DNA of 24,000 nt from positions 40,031-64,030 of the forward strand of contig CAKNIB010000003.1 of the NCBI GenBank assembly GCA_930979925.1. The letters are read 5' to 3'. The notes under the pieces were generated by a model. That model searched no databases. It had not been told where the DNA came from and saw nothing but the letters and a program-made list of their open reading frames with translations. Positions 23,301-24,000 of this stretch are shown in pieces. Every line of letters starts with the position of its first letter. Position 1 is the stretch's first letter. This stretch comes from an uncultured Clostridia bacterium. Its GTDB lineage: Bacteria; Bacillota; Clostridia; Christensenellales; UBA1242. The position numbers and the translations under genes were made by a program.

Positions 23301-24000
23301 CATAAAGCAAACAACGGACAAAACATTGACTCCAAAGCTTCGGTAGCAATAGATGTCTATGTGACCGCAGCCCCAAGCGTTGAGCTCAATATTGAGCAGG
23401 GCGAAAACAGTGAAAACTATTACACGGCAACCTTTGGTAGTGCTAAAACTTATGTTCCTCAAAATGCAGGTAGCGACGGCAGAGGTGAAGATTACTCATA
23501 TCAAACGGTTACTCAGTATACAATGACCCTTCGATATGACTACTCAGTGACAAACAACGTAATATCTCATAGTGGATATGTGGAATTTGACATTGTCTAC
23601 CTTTCAAGCGGATGGCAACTTAGATTTGCAGGCTTCCCGCTTTCAGGTGGCGTTATAACAGATGTTCCAGGCGGTGATGTTCCAGGTTTTAAAATAAATG
23701 TGACAGCACTAAAACAGATGGTTGACTCAGTTGCCGGCATGTTTGGTCAAACAATTCCAACAAATAGAGATATCAGGGTGGACGTATACGCTCGCTCGGG
23801 CGACACTGGTTATGTACTCAACGGTAAGAGCGCTTACTTCAACCTCAGGTTCCTAGAGCTTCCAACCGACAGCATAGCTTTTGAGAATGGTCAAATGACA
23901 GTAACAACCACTCTTGACAGCACAAATGCTATTCTTATGAGATATCTAGTTTCTGGCAGTGAAGTTGCAACTCAGACCTTCCCACTGACCAACGGAATTG
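17328..24000 (+). CDS. Giant surface lipoprotein built from many degenerate Fn3/Ig-like beta-sandwich modules (3'-partial, more than 2,224 codons in the window)
   Basis: Absent from the ORF track because no stop lies inside the window. I read the frame codon by codon from ATG 17328 (RBS AAGGA) to 24000 and found no stop. The N-terminus MKKGLFGTIALLFIACITLSAC has a lipobox (LSAC). Module signatures recur, for example ATLTWFEKENASYDVYIDG, FAEVPGANYYELYINGT, YYSWNKVEGEAYYTYQIF, LTISWNQVAPNTTYDIYVDG and LVWQWRAPSDL...YYVIIRS. Confidence 0.85.
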   Translation, partial: MKKGLFGTIALLFIACITLSACNSKPSVSGNFKKDSYVVSINDTINFYDELTSLEGASIGEVEIEVSNSEVLQERDNTFVAVSFGNTMVFAKYNDKTFAQTEVTVKNKFSTPTNLQVDEDGALSWDNSFAYFDESLNTADDYILEYANITGLEEIAIDELEIRREEISATAGFSFEEAGSYYARLTANGNDNIDSSDPSEWKILNYNAMGLLEDVSLIVSEEMANDSATLTWFEKENASYDVYIDGFKVAENLLTNSFTYDYSLVQEGQSIEIKVTASDSESDRIASTTRLEVEKLLTPELFYNRSTTSNPSGYLYIEDNQNASGFGLYLVKQSSGRSFYYNVSNEENDRIFFEELESGLYSLNLKALGGSNLSGHFLNSALASTVRIAKLATPTIDVQFEGENAILTFSGDSYNNRYLITYADETLIATGSSCQIDLSDLQPGNYTFAVQALPSLSGTDIIPYIEGGLNSEYILNSNSATFDFTILEDIGYVTHDLSLDQSQSTFTFAEVPGANYYELYINGTLNQTVDAEEAVLNGTVSITVNNLKDIEPQENNYVIDIVAGIRVEEQERAVKSTYQKTLSILPAVTAGSEQTNGYYSWNKVEGEAYYTYQIFKTGSDYSLDGAELIAEGGTSEDTINDRLDFGYYVIRVYTTSINEDRYLDSTFHDSANYFEANFLVYQQIDAPTITFATEDGSYVLYMSKVEYGGGYTIELYLDGSLESTNSIYFNSDQERARYVFAEDSFDSTNTYTVQVSANRGQLDDSALHTPSEKSELTVTRLAQPTFTVQEVVSNGQKSAENLAVTLVDHASHVVIEFEESVVNYDSENERYQNSINLFNQPGYDEDFVLTFTYASGQAEGNNYFIDSHPYDVNFKRAEMPSQMAYQDGNLTFTCNDENVEGYYLTIILVNSDNGNSYFREYVTSSGTIDLQSIIDRLYSQDPVFSSNYDQAESIQIELYSYKNGFTGDVYYLPSDNGTTLSGQPINIQRLSPSTLTFDKDSLTISWNQVAPNTTYDIYVDGREAISDYNNLGQDNRVSISLSDLGYDFLTQRRIYVVSKNASFLDSANSNTIYIKELASVSSINVANSDEDIVVSFSLAQDYASAQGVQVNGSDIEISTNRGSFLLSAFPDTQNFTFKVIAGESSSNYYYYNSQETTFQLINLSTQDLTVSIANNVITWDSVASDFIGASQNPLSYRLQIACGEQNYTISTTQTTFDLQAVEETIGVKLNGDFEITVEAIIADYNLTLLGGQARGYYGSRTSQPASSKKLSAVGQIDTLVVDATDMGSTLENKLNASVTLSWQDDWSNLSLPNAVYFEVTIAGQTNPIVVTNGTQAQDYSLSLVDGQYNLSLSGRYFTQSETAISVRVVSENMITSEETTTAVNRITSTYSISLDQEGILTINDSANNSYLLQLTIGSLVVEQAYLYEEGQDNKTIDLMQEGMLKGAYGSYTIYVLAFDSSYASLPSLAPAENMGSKLQGLSSVLLREDGNIHMELYSDDFEGLTFSVRTLAGGDYVYRSFLPDGTTSTYFTLHIFVIVDSFADAVSFEAGRSYTFEVAINKNGQVNSDYLSFSFSCSADTTPTQYRGLDLTKDYIIFDVPENDDTVSLLARVYTLQGSSYTFDQSLYFLSEDIRGYWCQDSETGDSYFSTTIDPSNANVTYTECYALSLNDLLAEYEYGAFYIDFARFGQSDGEYKLYYRYNYNPLKLNTVNEDIEQGTDTIVRVNGNSLVWQWRAPSDLAQLSQFRATSYYVIIRSLTDENESYKFRTDTSSFDLSEANLTAGQTYQIYVVAASTTRGVVASNETTNPVFALQYSQPLPLDVVDGRLMFNEESFADSDFMTTITSYFGQTSHAQPLYDIMGNGTYLSPYYFTTANIAETMLTIRFTLQDESGADTNTYYEVTLAGYELLPDITITNVNGDISGQQSASYFDLLEAYVETIQDVNTENAVRFKAMVETLQDSNRGLAGGGVLLDDIARRVPAGKYSLSIIHKANNGQNIDSKASVAIDVYVTAAPSVELNIEQGENSENYYTATFGSAKTYVPQNAGSDGRGEDYSYQTVTQYTMTLRYDYSVTNNVISHSGYVEFDIVYLSSGWQLRFAGFPLSGGVITDVPGGDVPGFKINVTALKQMVDSVAGMFGQTIPTNRDIRVDVYARSGDTGYVLNGKSAYFNLRFLELPTDSIAFENGQMTVTTTLDSTNAILMRYLVSGSEVATQTFPLTNGI

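Noticed and set aside
17328-24000. An alternative genetic code as the reason the giant ORF is missing from the track
   Set aside because: The frame is open under the standard code. TGG encodes Trp throughout. All three standard stop codons occur as ORF ends in the window; TAA and TAG end credible genes, and TGA ends the track ORF at 12983. The ORF is missing simply because it has no stop inside the window, as with the NUDIX gene at 1-454.

Overview
AT-rich window from what looks like a spore-forming Firmicute, read with the standard genetic code. The lineage guess rests on a yabP-yabQ-divIC-like cluster and a ku-ligD pair. Left to right: (1) A 3'-partial NUDIX hydrolase gene. (2) A tRNA-Leu(CAG) integration hotspot at about 500-4970. 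It holds an apparently intact 3.7-kb large-serine-recombinase (LSR) element at 980-4723, whose reconstructed attP palindrome lies inside the 3' end of the recombinase gene. It also holds two 121-bp ghost copies of an LSR gene 3' end and scrambled tRNA-Leu fragments. (3) Housekeeping genes: a TVP38/DedA-like membrane protein, yabP/yabQ, an RluA-family pseudouridine synthase, a YgjV-like protein and a SIMPL protein. (4) A 2.9-kb segment at 9905-12783 bounded by inverted copies of a 41-nt hairpin motif, next to tRNA-Asn(GTT). It carries the most interesting object in the window: a ~590-nt GC-rich locus with no credible ORF, its own consensus promoter and an intrinsic terminator on the minus strand (10926-11512). 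I interpret it as a large structured RNA of unassigned class. Its size and context resemble the ROOL/GOLLD/OLE classes, but that identity is not established. (5) A ku-ligD (NHEJ) operon. (6) A divergent, translationally coupled two-gene operon of unknown function whose large protein carries an HExxH motif. (7) A lipoprotein ORF of more than 2,224 codons (17328 to the window end), built from degenerate beta-sandwich-like modules. The supplied ORF track misses this ORF and the NUDIX gene because both run off the window. All family calls come from motif recognition by eye; no database search was run.
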